Of a stretch of 64,000 nucleotides of DNA, positions 48,785 through 59,207 are shown piece by piece (the first letter of the stretch is position 1; every line of letters starts with the position of its first letter). A program made the position numbers and the translations under genes. This stretch comes from Lachnospiraceae bacterium UBA7027. GTDB lineage: Bacteria > Bacillota > Clostridia > Lachnospirales > Lachnospiraceae. The notes under the pieces are model-generated. The model saw only the letters and a list, made by a program, of their open reading frames with translations. It was not told the origin of the DNA and did not search any database. The DNA lies in the NCBI GenBank assembly GCA_002494135.1, contig DLBG01000035.1:10036-74035 (forward strand). The letters run 5' to 3'.

Positions 48785-50074
48785 TTAAGCTTCTTTGGCA
48801 TTCTCGGTAACAAGAGTAATTGCCTTCTGGATGGCGATGTCTTTCTTGAATTCTTTGATACGCTCTTCATCCATCCACTCGTTCTTAATCTTTTCCGGTT
48901 CAACTTTGTACTGATCCGCAAGCTTCTTGATTTCGGCATCGAATTCTTCTTCGCTGACTTCGATGTTCTCTGCCTTTACGATTGCTTCGCAAACCAGTCT
49001 TGTCTTAATACGACGCTCAGCCTGCTCTTTTACCTGCCCCATCATCTTCTCTTCGTTCATGCCGGTGTACGTATAGTACTGCTCGATGTTCATGCCCTGC
49101 ATGGTAAGTCTCTGGGAGAAGTCGTTTACGATGCCTCTCTGCTCGGTCTGAAGCATTGCTTCGGGAATATCCATGGTAGCGTTCTCAATCACCTTGGCGA
49201 TAACCGCATCTTCCTTCTTGGTGGTAGCTTCTGCAGCCTTGCTTTCCTTTAAGTGGTCTTCCACGCTCTTCTTGTACTCGGCGAAGGTTTCATACTCGCT
49301 GACTTCGGAAGCGAACTCGTCGTCCAGTTCGGGAAGTTCGTTCTCTTTGATGCCCTTGATGGTTACGTTGAATTTCGCAGGCTTACCCTTTAACTCTTCC
49401 GCATGATATTCTTCGGGGAAGGTAACATCCACAACAACGTCCTCACCGATGGACTTGCCGATTAACTGCTCCTCGAATCCCTCGATAAAGGAATGAGAAC
49501 CGATGGTCAGAGGATAATCGGTACCCTTGCCGCCTTCAAATGCAACGTCATCCACGAATCCTTCAAAGTCGATGGTTACGATGTCGCCGTCCTTAACCGG
49601 TCTGTCTTCAATCGTAATGGTACGTGCGCTGTTTTTACGCTCTTTCTCGATTTCTTCGTTAACTTCTTCCTCGGTAACGGTAGTCTCGATCTTGTCGATG
49701 GTGATTCCCTTGTACTCACCTAAGGTTACTTCAGGCTTTAAAGCTACCTCTGCGGTGAAAATGAAAGGCTTTCCTTCTTCCATCTGAACAACATCAATCT
49801 TGGGCATGGAAGTAATCTCTTCCTCGCACTCGTTATATGCTTTCTCATAGGCATCGGGAATAATCTCGTTTGCCGCATCTTCGTAAAATACCTGCTTGCC
49901 GTACATCTTCTCAATCATTGCACGGGGCACCTTGCCGGCACGGAAACCGGGAATGCTGATTTTTTTCTTATTTTTGTTGTAAGCAACCTCGATTGCCTTG
50001 GCAAAATCCTCTGCGGGAACCTCGATGGTCAGCTTCGCCATTCCTTTTTCCAACTTCTCAACTTTCAAACTCAT
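48785..50074 (-). CDS. tig: Trigger factor
   Basis: IPGFRAGKVP, FKBP domain; promoter TTGAGG-N17-TATAAT at 50127-50155. Confidence 0.98.
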   Translation of the reverse strand: MSLKVEKLEKGMAKLTIEVPAEDFAKAIEVAYNKNKKKISIPGFRAGKVPRAMIEKMYGKQVFYEDAANEIIPDAYEKAYNECEEEITSMPKIDVVQMEEGKPFIFTAEVALKPEVTLGEYKGITIDKIETTVTEEEVNEEIEKERKNSARTITIEDRPVKDGDIVTIDFEGFVDDVAFEGGKGTDYPLTIGSHSFIEGFEEQLIGKSIGEDVVVDVTFPEEYHAEELKGKPAKFNVTIKGIKENELPELDDEFASEVSEYETFAEYKKSVEDHLKESKAAEATTKKEDAVIAKVIENATMDIPEAMLQTEQRGIVNDFSQRLTMQGMNIEQYYTYTGMNEEKMMGQVKEQAERRIKTRLVCEAIVKAENIEVSEEEFDAEIKKLADQYKVEPEKIKNEWMDEERIKEFKKDIAIQKAITLVTENAKEA

Positions 50075-50162
50075 TTTGTGTTTCTCCTTTCATAACATCC
50101 GCGAATCAACCCGCAGACAGAAAATAATTATATCATAATTTCGCGAATCCCTCAAGATTCGG

Positions 50163-50909
50163 TTATTGCATCATTTCGGGAGGACCGTAAACCAACGGTT
50201 CCATATTCTTGACAGGATCATAATCCCCGTCCTTTTCCTTATCGGTTTTTCCGTCGTTGTCCTCTTTACCGTCGCTGTCTTCTTTGCCGTTGTTGTCCTT
50301 TTTGCCGTTGTTGTCCTCTTTATCGGCATCGTTGTCTTTGACCTCGTCCGGATCCACAATCGGCTCATCATTTAACTCTTCTTCGGAGATTTCCTCCACC
50401 GGTTCCTCTTCCCCCGTAAAAGGAGGTCCGTAAACTTCCTCTAACTGATTCTGGGAAGGGTCGAATACTTCGGGAGGACCGTATACGCACGGAACCTCGT
50501 TCTGGGCCGGATTAAACGGTGAAATCGGTCTGTCGCCGTTTACATTGTAAATGACACTTGCGGATGCGCAGAGAATCAGAAGAATCAGCATTCCCACGCC
50601 TGCAATCAGCATAAGCAGGGCAAGCCATCCGCTCTTTCCGGCATCTCTGAGTCTTCGCACGGTTAATGAAATCCAGGGAAGTACGGACAATACCAGGAAT
50701 CCGCCGAGCGCAAATGCCGCAAGGCAAAACCACAGTCCTCCTTCCTCCGCGACAAAGGATGCATACAAAAGACCGCAGGCTGCACCGAATACAAGTACCT
50801 GAATCACAAAGGGGAACCAGTATTCCTTTCTCGAGGCGGTTCCTTTGTAATTGAATGTATTCGCCCACATTCTGCCGTATGCACCGAAGAAAGTAACTTT
50901 TTCTTCCAT
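50163..50909 (-). CDS. DUF805 membrane protein with acidic tail and three VYGPP motifs
   Basis: FNYKGTASRKEYW, SLTVRRLRDAGKSGW; tail repeats. Confidence 0.88.
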   Translation of the reverse strand: MEEKVTFFGAYGRMWANTFNYKGTASRKEYWFPFVIQVLVFGAACGLLYASFVAEEGGLWFCLAAFALGGFLVLSVLPWISLTVRRLRDAGKSGWLALLMLIAGVGMLILLILCASASVIYNVNGDRPISPFNPAQNEVPCVYGPPEVFDPSQNQLEEVYGPPFTGEEEPVEEISEEELNDEPIVDPDEVKDNDADKEDNNGKKDNNGKEDSDGKEDNDGKTDKEKDGDYDPVKNMEPLVYGPPEMMQ

Positions 50910-50947
50910 TGCTGTAACTCCTTTCGGGATTTACCCGAATCTGACAC

Positions 50948-52000
50948 TTACTGGAACAATTCTCCGTAGATGGTGAAGAAATCCGCCGTATCGATGGCAT
51001 CATCCTTCACGGCATGAATTTTCGCCCACGCATCCTCGTTTAAATTGCCCGTCCGCTCTCCGAGAAAGGCATTGTATTCCTCTTCGAAGGCTTCATTCTT
51101 TTTCTGGTTCAGGATTTTCAGCTTGTTCTCGTCGGTTTCGTCCCGGTCAAACATGTTATCGCAGCGGATAATATAGAATCCGTCCGGTGTTTCCACAATG
51201 TCACTTACTTCATCCGTTGCCAGATTGAAAGCCGCTTCTTCATATGCCGGGTCGGTTTCGCCCCTGCGATAAAGGAACGTGCTGTTCTCATCCTCATTGT
51301 AGGAAGCAATCAGGCTGTCGAATTTCTTGCCGTCTTCAAGTTCGGCGATGACTTCTTCCGCCTTTTTTCTTGCTTCCGCCTTTTTCTCATCGGAATATTC
51401 CACACGGCTGCCCGAGGAATCGATGGAATAGGTCTTGATATGAATATGCGAAACCGTAATGGTTCTGGCCTCGTCGTCACTGATTTCCGGATTAATGTCT
51501 TTTACCAGAAAACCGTATACACGGTTGGCCAGTGCATATTCGCGGTACATGTTCTCAAAATCTTTTTCGCTTAAGTTAAAAAGCTTCTTCTCCTCTTCGC
51601 TGAGAGAAGTGTAATACTGCTGTGCCGCCGCTTTCGCAAGTTTCTCGTCATCCTTGCTTAAGGAAACCTTCTTCTTTGCCGCAAGCAGGTTCATGACCTT
51701 GACTCTGGAAATTCTCGCAAGAACCGTTTCTTTCAAACCGTCTTCCAAAAGTTCCCCGTCCTCCGTCGTCATTTCCCAGATCCGGTCTCCGTAGGCATTC
51801 TCGTACATATTCTGTGTATTGATCAGATATACGAGATATTCCGACTCGGTACAGACAGCCTTGTCAATGATGAACAGCTGCCCTTCTTCAAAGCCCGTGG
51901 TCAGAACGATTTTTTTCTTACATCCCGACAGCGGAAGAACCATTGCAACTGCCAGAAGCATTGCCAGTATTCTTTTGATCGCTTTTCGGTTTCTATACAT
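50948..52000 (-). CDS. PrsA-like parvulin PPIase lipoprotein
   Basis: LSGC lipobox; EEAAFNL...VSDIVETPDGFYII. Confidence 0.88.
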   Translation of the reverse strand: MYRNRKAIKRILAMLLAVAMVLPLSGCKKKIVLTTGFEEGQLFIIDKAVCTESEYLVYLINTQNMYENAYGDRIWEMTTEDGELLEDGLKETVLARISRVKVMNLLAAKKKVSLSKDDEKLAKAAAQQYYTSLSEEEKKLFNLSEKDFENMYREYALANRVYGFLVKDINPEISDDEARTITVSHIHIKTYSIDSSGSRVEYSDEKKAEARKKAEEVIAELEDGKKFDSLIASYNEDENSTFLYRRGETDPAYEEAAFNLATDEVSDIVETPDGFYIIRCDNMFDRDETDENKLKILNQKKNEAFEEEYNAFLGERTGNLNEDAWAKIHAVKDDAIDTADFFTIYGELFQ

Positions 52001-52016
52001 CGTTTTTATAAAATAA

Positions 52017-53255
52017 TCAGTTCAAAGGATATTTGTCGGTTAAGGACTGAACAATCTCTCTTGCGTAAGGAATCTTCTCCTCACCGCCCTTGATTACGGA
52101 TGCAATTGCTTCCGCAATGCGGTCCATATCCTCTTCGTTCATGCCGCGGGAAGTAACCGCGGGAGTACCGAGACGGATACCGCTGGTAACGAACGGAGAC
52201 TGGGGATCGTTCGGGATTGTGTTCTTGTTTGCGGTGATGTGAGCTTCATCCAGCCATTTCTCCACCTGCTTGCCGGTTAAGTTGTATTTCTTTAAGTCAA
52301 CCAGCATTAAGTGATTGTCGGTTCCGCCGGAAACGATGTCAATGTCTCTGGAAAGAAGTCCCTTGCACAGAGCCTGTGCGTTTTTAACGATATTCTGCTG
52401 ATAAACCTTGAAGTCGTCGCTTAAAGCTTCTTCAAAGCAGACAGCCTTTGCCGCAATGACATGCATTAAAGGTCCGCCCTGAATTCCGGGGAATACAGCC
52501 TTGTTGAAGTTGTACTTCTCTGCCGCTTCCTTGTTAGCCATAATCATACCGCCTCTGGGCCCGCGAAGGGTCTTGTGGGTGGTGGTGGTTACAACGTCTG
52601 CATAAGGGAAGGGTGAGGGATGAAGACCGGTTGCCACCAGTCCGGCGATATGTGCAATATCCACCATCATCACTGCGTCGACTTTGTCGCAGATCTCACG
52701 AATTCTCTTAAAATCGATAGTTCTTGCATAGGCACTTGCACCCGCAATAATCATCTTGGGCCTGCATTCAAGCGCAAGCTCTTCCATTTTATCGTAATCA
52801 AGGAAGCCGTCATCGTTTACGCCGTAAGGAACAACCTTAAAATATTTGCCGGACATGTTTGCCGGTGAACCGTGGGTTAAATGTCCGCCGTGGTCAAGAT
52901 TCATGCCCATGATGGTATCCCCGGGATTTAAAACAGCAAACTGAACCGCCATGTTGGCCTGCGCACCGGAGTGGGGCTGAACGTTTACATAGTCACAGTG
53001 AAATAACTTCTTTGCTCTTTCTCTGGCAAGATCTTCCACTACGTCCACGCACTGGCAGCCGCCGTAATATCTCTTTCCGGGATATCCTTCCGCGTATTTA
53101 TTGGTAAGTACACTGCCCATAGCAGCCATAACTGCCTTGCTCACCCAGTTTTCGGATGCAATCAGCTCAATGTGGGAATTCTGACGGGCCTGCTCGTCAA
53201 GAATCGCCTGTGCCACTTCGGGGTCTACTGCTTTGATTTCGTCAAATGAATACAT
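52017..53255 (-). CDS. glyA: Serine hydroxymethyltransferase
   Basis: [35 protein letters not shown]. Confidence 0.98.
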   Translation of the reverse strand: MYSFDEIKAVDPEVAQAILDEQARQNSHIELIASENWVSKAVMAAMGSVLTNKYAEGYPGKRYYGGCQCVDVVEDLARERAKKLFHCDYVNVQPHSGAQANMAVQFAVLNPGDTIMGMNLDHGGHLTHGSPANMSGKYFKVVPYGVNDDGFLDYDKMEELALECRPKMIIAGASAYARTIDFKRIREICDKVDAVMMVDIAHIAGLVATGLHPSPFPYADVVTTTTHKTLRGPRGGMIMANKEAAEKYNFNKAVFPGIQGGPLMHVIAAKAVCFEEALSDDFKVYQQNIVKNAQALCKGLLSRDIDIVSGGTDNHLMLVDLKKYNLTGKQVEKWLDEAHITANKNTIPNDPQSPFVTSGIRLGTPAVTSRGMNEEDMDRIAEAIASVIKGGEEKIPYAREIVQSLTDKYPLN

Positions 53256-53375
53256 GATTAAGCCTCCTTAAGTCCTTGTAATGCGTAAATGAAAGGGCAT
53301 AAGCCAATAAAGCCCATGCCCGAAAATTATATCATAAAACTGGTTGTAAATCTATAAGAATCTGAGGAAAATACA

Positions 53376-54521
53376 TCAGAAAATATATTTTTTATATGCT
53401 TTGAACGCACTGGGAAGCGCATATCCCTCTTTTCGTTCCTCTTTTGTGACAAAGAAAATCCCGTTGGCGGGGTCGTAAACGGAGGGGTCCGCGATATCGT
53501 CCACCACGGCATGGAATGCTTTCATGTGCCATTCGATATGGGAAAAAACATGCGTGCTTTCCTCGATTTCCCGGATTCGGACCGGGTGATAGCCGAGTCC
53601 TTCGATATAGGAAGATGCCTGCTTCTTTGTAAGAAAACCTTCCGCTGCGGGCAGCTCGTACATGCCGGCAAGCAGTCCCTTTCCCGGGCGTTTCTTTAAC
53701 GCGATTCCGCGCGTGGATTCCAAAACAAAAACCGTGCGGTTTTCTATCCGCCGTTTTGCTTTTGCGGCTTTCTTCGGATACTCACCGATCCGCCCTTCCT
53801 TATACGCCCTGCAGACTCCTGCGAAGGGACATTCGCCGCATTTCGGCTCTCCGTTCGGCAGACAGACCGTGGCTCCGACTTCCATCATTGCGGCGTTAAA
53901 ATCGCCGGGACGGTAGGTTAAATCGCCATCGTTCTTTTCCGCGCAGCCCTTTTCACTCTCCACACAGCCCTTTTCACTCGCTTCGCCGGCCTTATGCATC
54001 AGGACCGCTATCTCCTCCCGGATGCGTTTCACCGTTTTGGCATCGGAGATGCATCCGTCGTCGGCCATGATACGCGTATAGACGCGAAGCACGTTTCCGT
54101 CGACCGCGGGGACATTCTCCCCGCCCGCAATCGAGGCAACCGCACCTGCGGTATAGGACCCGATTCCGGGAAGCGTTAACAGTACTTCGTAAGAAACAGG
54201 AAAAAGGCCGCCGCAGGAAGCATTCACTTCCATGGCTGCCTTATGCATATTTCTGACTCTGGAATAATAACCAAGCCCCTCCCAGATGCGTGTCAGGTCA
54301 TCCTCCTTTGCTTCGGCAAGTGCCTTCACATCGGGATACTTCGACAAAAAAGAGGCATAGTACGGTTTTACGGCTTCCACGCGGGTCTGCTGCAGCATGA
54401 TTTCCGATACCCAGATGCGGTACGGATCGTTTGTATGCCGCCAGGGCAAGTCCCGCTTATTTGCACGATACCAGGCAAGAAGCCGGTAAACGTCTTTTAC
54501 TTTTAATATCGGTCTGTTCAT
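53376..54521 (-). CDS. mutY: A/G-specific adenine glycosylase
   Basis: WVSEIMLQQT, LPGIGSYTA, VDGNV, C-X7-C-X2-C-X5-C Fe-S cluster motif. Confidence 0.96.
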   Translation of the reverse strand: MNRPILKVKDVYRLLAWYRANKRDLPWRHTNDPYRIWVSEIMLQQTRVEAVKPYYASFLSKYPDVKALAEAKEDDLTRIWEGLGYYSRVRNMHKAAMEVNASCGGLFPVSYEVLLTLPGIGSYTAGAVASIAGGENVPAVDGNVLRVYTRIMADDGCISDAKTVKRIREEIAVLMHKAGEASEKGCVESEKGCAEKNDGDLTYRPGDFNAAMMEVGATVCLPNGEPKCGECPFAGVCRAYKEGRIGEYPKKAAKAKRRIENRTVFVLESTRGIALKKRPGKGLLAGMYELPAAEGFLTKKQASSYIEGLGYHPVRIREIEESTHVFSHIEWHMKAFHAVVDDIADPSVYDPANGIFFVTKEERKEGYALPSAFKAYKKYIF

Positions 54522-54619
54522 GGCATTCCCTGTATCTTTTGTCTTCGGACCATTTTGCGGGGTCTGATTCTTCGGACCGTTTCGGGTCCGTATCTTCGAC
54601 CGTATCTTTACCGCGAAAA

Positions 54620-55111
54620 CTAACGGAAATCCTTGCCGTCAAATTCGCTCATGGTCTCAAGACGTTTCACCAAAGCCTTAAAGTGATCGGCCGCACTTCC
54701 CGGCTGCATGGGAAAATCCAGGGATAAGAACATGATGGCAAACGTTTCTTCCGAGATATGTCCTTCGAGTTCCTTTAAGACTTCTATCTTTCCGTCGTAG
54801 GAATCCGCGCTGATGAATTTCTGCAGACCGGGATCGATTTCGATGGGAATGGTCTGGGAAAGATCCGGAGCGGTTGCCGAAATCGTCTCTTTCTCAAAAC
54901 GGTGTTTCTGGGTTGCGTACGGATAATCTTCGGGGCTTAATTCCTCAACGAAAGACCACTGCGGTCTGACAAACACCTCATAAGGCGGATACAGTGCCTT
55001 ATATACCACCATCATGCTGCCGTCTTCGCTGTTTTTCGCCAGCGTCACGATTTCGTACCGTTTCCCTTTAAAATGTGTGTAAACGTCGCCTTTTTTCAAT
55101 TCATGTTCCAT
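54620..55111 (-). CDS. DUF1653 domain protein
   Basis: YTHFKGKRY...SED...VVYKALY...VRP...F. Confidence 0.9.
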   Translation of the reverse strand: MEHELKKGDVYTHFKGKRYEIVTLAKNSEDGSMMVVYKALYPPYEVFVRPQWSFVEELSPEDYPYATQKHRFEKETISATAPDLSQTIPIEIDPGLQKFISADSYDGKIEVLKELEGHISEETFAIMFLSLDFPMQPGSAADHFKALVKRLETMSEFDGKDFR

Positions 55112-55124
55112 GTATTTCCCCTCC

Positions 55125-56168
55125 CTAATCTTCTTTTCCGGAATACCGGATCAGTAATAATTCCACTGCCATACGGTCCGAGATTCCTCCGCTTTTGAAA
55201 AGCCGGTCATACTCTGCCGCATCGCGCAGGGCGTTTTTTAATTCCTCCGAAGAAAACTGCTTGGCCTGCGTTTCATACTTTCTTGCCACGTAAGCCTGTG
55301 CTTTGGCATCCCTGCCTTTAAATTCCATCTTCTGTCCGATCTGCTCGCTGCTCATTCCGTGATTCATCAAATCCTTCACGGCAATGAGAATACGAAACTG
55401 TTTGGCCATCAGCGCAAGGATTTTAAGAGGCGGTTCGCGAAGTTCCAGCAGATCGTAATAAAGCTTCAGTGCCTCTTTCTGCTGCCGGTTTGCAAGAAAA
55501 CCGATCATATCAAATACCCGGTCCTGCACCGTGACATGACACAGATTGTCGACATCCGTTTTCTCTATGACGTTTTTATCCATGCAGTACGCGGTAAGCT
55601 TGTCCATCTCCGAAGCAATGGCAAACATGTCACGTCCCGTATCATCCATAATCGTCCGGACCGCCGCCTGTGTGATGTTTAATCCGGCGTCCTGTGCCCG
55701 GTGCACGATAAAACTGGTCAGCCTTTCATCGCTTTGCAGCGAAAACTCTTCCACCAGACCGATTCGGGAAACTTCTTTAAACGTTGTAAGCCGCTTGTCC
55801 GGCTTATCTTCCAGAAAGACAATCAGGGTGCTTTCCGGAAGGTTTTTTAAAAGATTCAGAAGGTCGTCGTTTGCCCTTGTAAAGAGTTCCGCGCCCTCGA
55901 TCACGATCATTCTGCGCTCCGCGAAAAAAGGCATCGTTAAGGCTGCATCCGAAAAAGCGTCTACGGTAACGTCCTTTCCCGAGAAACGGAAGAAATTCAT
56001 ATCGCCCCTCAGTTCGTCGATGCTTTTCCCCATACAGGCCTTCACAAGCCTGTTGCGGAAAAAATGCACCAGATACTGTTCCTCTCCGAAGAGAAGGTAG
56101 GCCCGTCTTAATTTCCCTGACTTTATGTCTTTTTGCACTTCAAACATTTCAGGTGCTGCCATTGTCAT
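55125..56168 (-). CDS. holA: DNA polymerase III delta subunit
   Basis: YLLFGEEQYL, MPFFAERR, EMDKL, FKSG; true start may be 56162. Confidence 0.93.
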   Translation of the reverse strand: MTMAAPEMFEVQKDIKSGKLRRAYLLFGEEQYLVHFFRNRLVKACMGKSIDELRGDMNFFRFSGKDVTVDAFSDAALTMPFFAERRMIVIEGAELFTRANDDLLNLLKNLPESTLIVFLEDKPDKRLTTFKEVSRIGLVEEFSLQSDERLTSFIVHRAQDAGLNITQAAVRTIMDDTGRDMFAIASEMDKLTAYCMDKNVIEKTDVDNLCHVTVQDRVFDMIGFLANRQQKEALKLYYDLLELREPPLKILALMAKQFRILIAVKDLMNHGMSSEQIGQKMEFKGRDAKAQAYVARKYETQAKQFSSEELKNALRDAAEYDRLFKSGGISDRMAVELLLIRYSGKED

Positions 56169-56748
56169 CTCCCGCGGGAAGGCGGTTTAAAAGCGCATCC
56201 CCGTTTGTTTTCAGCCACTTGTCCCACTTTTTGTATTCCGGAAAGACCCGGTAAACATGCCCGTAAAATCTTTCCGAATGATTCATTTCCAGCCTGTGGC
56301 AGAGTTCATGCACCACCACGCTGTCCAGAACCTCCGGCGGAGCCAGCAGTAAAAGTGCATTGAAACTTAAGTTTCCGTCCTTCGTGCAGCTTCCCCACCT
56401 TGTACGCTGCTTGCGGATTGAAATTTTACCGTATGTCACGCCGAGCATGGGCGCGTAATACTCCACCCGCTGCCGGAACGCCGTTTTCGCAACTTTCACC
56501 AGATGATTTAACTCCGTCTTCGACAGTTTCGGAGTCTGCGCCGCAATCAATTCCTTACGTCTCTGTTCGGCGGTATGTTTCGAAATCCAATCCCGGTTTG
56601 CCGTGACGAATTCTTCGATTTCCGATTTTGAGACAAAGAAAGGTGCCCTCACTTCGGCATTACCGTCTTTGGTAATGTGAAGACTGATGGTTTTGCGCCT
56701 GCTTCGGACGACTTTTACGGTAATTTCTCTCCGGGTCTCTTCATTCAT
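56149..56748 (-). CDS. YgjP/DUF45 zinc metallopeptidase-like protein
   Basis: RSRRKTI, TRWGSC, VVHELCH...NHS..F. Confidence 0.92.
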   Translation of the reverse strand: MNEETRREITVKVVRSRRKTISLHITKDGNAEVRAPFFVSKSEIEEFVTANRDWISKHTAEQRRKELIAAQTPKLSKTELNHLVKVAKTAFRQRVEYYAPMLGVTYGKISIRKQRTRWGSCTKDGNLSFNALLLLAPPEVLDSVVVHELCHRLEMNHSERFYGHVYRVFPEYKKWDKWLKTNGDALLNRLPAGDDNGST

Positions 56749-56752
56749 TGTA

Positions 56753-57874
56753 TCACAAGGTTTCCAAATACTTCATAAAATTCTCTTTATTCTCTCTCGC
56801 GGTTGTGGTCGGTCTTCCGAGATCGTCCCTTGCACCGATGGAACAAAGCACTTCGATGAAGGATAATTCGTTTCTTTGTTTTGCTTCCTTAAGTGCCGCA
56901 TCCAGCTCGTCAAACGTCGTTACCCTTACGGCATTCGGATAGCCGCATCCTTTTGCAATCTGTATCATGTCTGCCTTTGCGGCCACGGTCGGCATTCCGC
57001 CGACGGTTTCATGTGCTCCGTTGTTGATCAGCACATGAACCAGATTCTTCGGCGCATTGGCTCCGATGACAGCCATGGAACCCATGTGCATCAGTACCGC
57101 TCCGTCACCGTCTATGCACCAGATTTTTGCATCCGGTTTCTCAAATGCAATTCCGAGTGCGATGGAAGAGGAATGTCCCATGGAACCCACGGTCAGGAAA
57201 TCCCTGCTGTGATCCTGTCCCTTTGCTTCCCTGATTTCAAACAGTTCACGGCTTGCCTTTCCCGTAGTGGAAACAATCGGATCATCGCCGGAAACATCCG
57301 TAATATGGCGGATAATTTCCTCACGTACCATTGTATTGCCGTTTTTGTATTCCACCTTCCCGTCAAAGGAAAGGGCACCCTTGCGAACCACGAAGGCAAC
57401 ATTTTTGCCGGCTTTCAGTTTTTCCCGGAAAGAATCCATCACTTTTACCAGTTCCTCCCCGGTCGTCTCCTTTCCGATGATAAAACTTGCGATATCCATA
57501 TCTTCGAGCAGCTTAACGGTTACCTCTCCCTGATAGATATGCTGGGGTTCGTCATGTACCCCCGGTTCGCCTCTCCATCCGATTACAAAAATCATCGGAA
57601 TGGCGTAGACCTTGTCATTCAAAAGAGATGCCACGGGATTGATGATGTTTCCCTCTCCGCTGTTTTGCATATAAACTACGGGAACCTTTCCCGTTGCCAG
57701 ATAATAGCCTGCTGCCAGCGCCGTGCAGTTTCCCTCGTTTGCGGCTATCACATGATGCTTCGGATCGATGCCGTAGCGCGCGATCAGATAATTGCAAAGT
57801 GCCTTTAACTGGCTGTCGGGCACGCCCGTATAAAATTCCGCTCCCAGTATTTCCGTGAATTTTTCTGCGTTCAT
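56753..57874 (-). CDS. aepY: Phosphonopyruvate decarboxylase
   Basis: GVPDSQL, NEG, YMQNSG.GN, DEPQH, STTGKASRE, DGDG TPP motif, LGRP. Confidence 0.96.
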   Translation of the reverse strand: MNAEKFTEILGAEFYTGVPDSQLKALCNYLIARYGIDPKHHVIAANEGNCTALAAGYYLATGKVPVVYMQNSGEGNIINPVASLLNDKVYAIPMIFVIGWRGEPGVHDEPQHIYQGEVTVKLLEDMDIASFIIGKETTGEELVKVMDSFREKLKAGKNVAFVVRKGALSFDGKVEYKNGNTMVREEIIRHITDVSGDDPIVSTTGKASRELFEIREAKGQDHSRDFLTVGSMGHSSSIALGIAFEKPDAKIWCIDGDGAVLMHMGSMAVIGANAPKNLVHVLINNGAHETVGGMPTVAAKADMIQIAKGCGYPNAVRVTTFDELDAALKEAKQRNELSFIEVLCSIGARDDLGRPTTTARENKENFMKYLETL

Positions 57875-57883
57875 GTTATTCTC

Positions 57884-59179
57884 CTAAATCTCGTCAATCA
57901 GTGTAATGATTTCTTTGATGGGCATCAGTCTGTCATCCACTTCCTTGGCCCTGTGATACCGAAGAATGTCCTCGGCCGTTTTCTGCATGGCCGGGAAAGC
58001 GCTTCTGGTAAGCTGGTTCGCATAGATGACGATATTAACGCCGTGCGACGAAAGCTCCTCTTCCGTTATTACGTTAAAACTCGACGGAACCACAACGATC
58101 GGTGTATTCTTATCCACTGCCCGGAATTTGTCGCAAAATTCCAGAATCTCCGCAGGATCTTTCTTACGGCTGTGAATCATGATTCCGTCCGCGCCCGCTT
58201 TTACAAATGCAAAGGCACGATTCAGGGCATCTTCCATGCCGCGTTCGAGAATCAGGCTCTCGATTCTGGCGATAATCATAAAATCATCCGTCAGCTGCGC
58301 TTTCTTGCCCGCGGCGATTTTTGCGCTCATCTCCTCAATGGTGGCCTGCGTCTGTTCCACTTCGGTGCCGAATAAGGAATTCTTCTTAAGACCTTTTTTG
58401 TCTTCGATGATAACCGCAGAAACGCCGAGACGTTCCAGACTTCTTACAGTATAAACAAAGTGCTCGGTCAGTCCGCCGGTATCGCCGTCAAAAATAATCG
58501 GTTTCGTGGTTACTTCCGTAATATCTTCAATCGTACGCAGACGGCTGGTAATATCGACAAGTTCGATATCCGGCTTGCCCTTCGCGGTACTGTCGCAAAG
58601 AGACGAAATCCACATGGCGTCGAACTGGTCCAATTTGCCTTCACGCTCGACAACCGTTTTTTCCACAATCAGGCCGGTGAGTCCGCTGTGGGCTTCCATA
58701 ACCTTTACGATGTCGGTCATGTTAAGAAGCTGGCGAAGACGTTTTCTTCTGTATTCCGGCATGGAAAGTTTTTCCTTTAACTGCAGATCGATTTTATACA
58801 CGGTCTCGTTAAAGGTATAGGGAACGTCGATGATTTCACCGCCGTAGGCTTTCAATTTCTCTTCCACATGTTCGCGGATGGATGCTTCGGGGCCGTTCTT
58901 CCAGTTATCCCCGTGAATAACGTAATCCGGACGGATCAAGGTGATTACATCGTCATAGAGCATGTCCTCCTGAATCACCACTTCATCCACACCTTCGATG
59001 GAACGGTAGAGTTTAATTCTCTCTTCCTGCGGAAGCGTCGAAAAACGGTTGTAACGAATCAGTGCACGGTCGGATAACGCACCGACGATAACACGGCCGT
59101 ACTTCTTTGCTTCGTTTATGATGTTTAAATGTCCTTCATGAATAATGTCGGTACAAAAGCAGGTATATGCTTTTTTCAT
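57884..59179 (-). CDS. aepX: Phosphoenolpyruvate mutase with N-terminal cytidylyltransferase domain
   Basis: PepM signature EDK-X5-NS (EDKKGLKKNS); N-terminal DIIHEGH HxGH motif. Confidence 0.96.
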   Translation of the reverse strand: MKKAYTCFCTDIIHEGHLNIINEAKKYGRVIVGALSDRALIRYNRFSTLPQEERIKLYRSIEGVDEVVIQEDMLYDDVITLIRPDYVIHGDNWKNGPEASIREHVEEKLKAYGGEIIDVPYTFNETVYKIDLQLKEKLSMPEYRRKRLRQLLNMTDIVKVMEAHSGLTGLIVEKTVVEREGKLDQFDAMWISSLCDSTAKGKPDIELVDITSRLRTIEDITEVTTKPIIFDGDTGGLTEHFVYTVRSLERLGVSAVIIEDKKGLKKNSLFGTEVEQTQATIEEMSAKIAAGKKAQLTDDFMIIARIESLILERGMEDALNRAFAFVKAGADGIMIHSRKKDPAEILEFCDKFRAVDKNTPIVVVPSSFNVITEEELSSHGVNIVIYANQLTRSAFPAMQKTAEDILRYHRAKEVDDRLMPIKEIITLIDEI

Positions 59180-59207
59180 GGCTGTCTGTTTTCCTCCTTA
59201 CATTCCG

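Noticed and set aside
53292-53335. Hairpin upstream of glyA as a riboswitch or attenuator
   Set aside because: Too short for a glycine or ZTP aptamer and overlaps the predicted glyA start site; best read as the mutY terminator
54540-54612. Degenerate tcttcggacc repeats between DUF1653 and mutY
   Set aside because: Short, irregular period, and no supportable function
56876-57808. 310-aa plus-strand ORF
   Set aside because: Antisense to aepY, no recognisable motif; consistent with codon-bias shadow
57884-59179. Cytidylyltransferase-PepM fusion as a novelty
   Set aside because: Well-known AepX architecture
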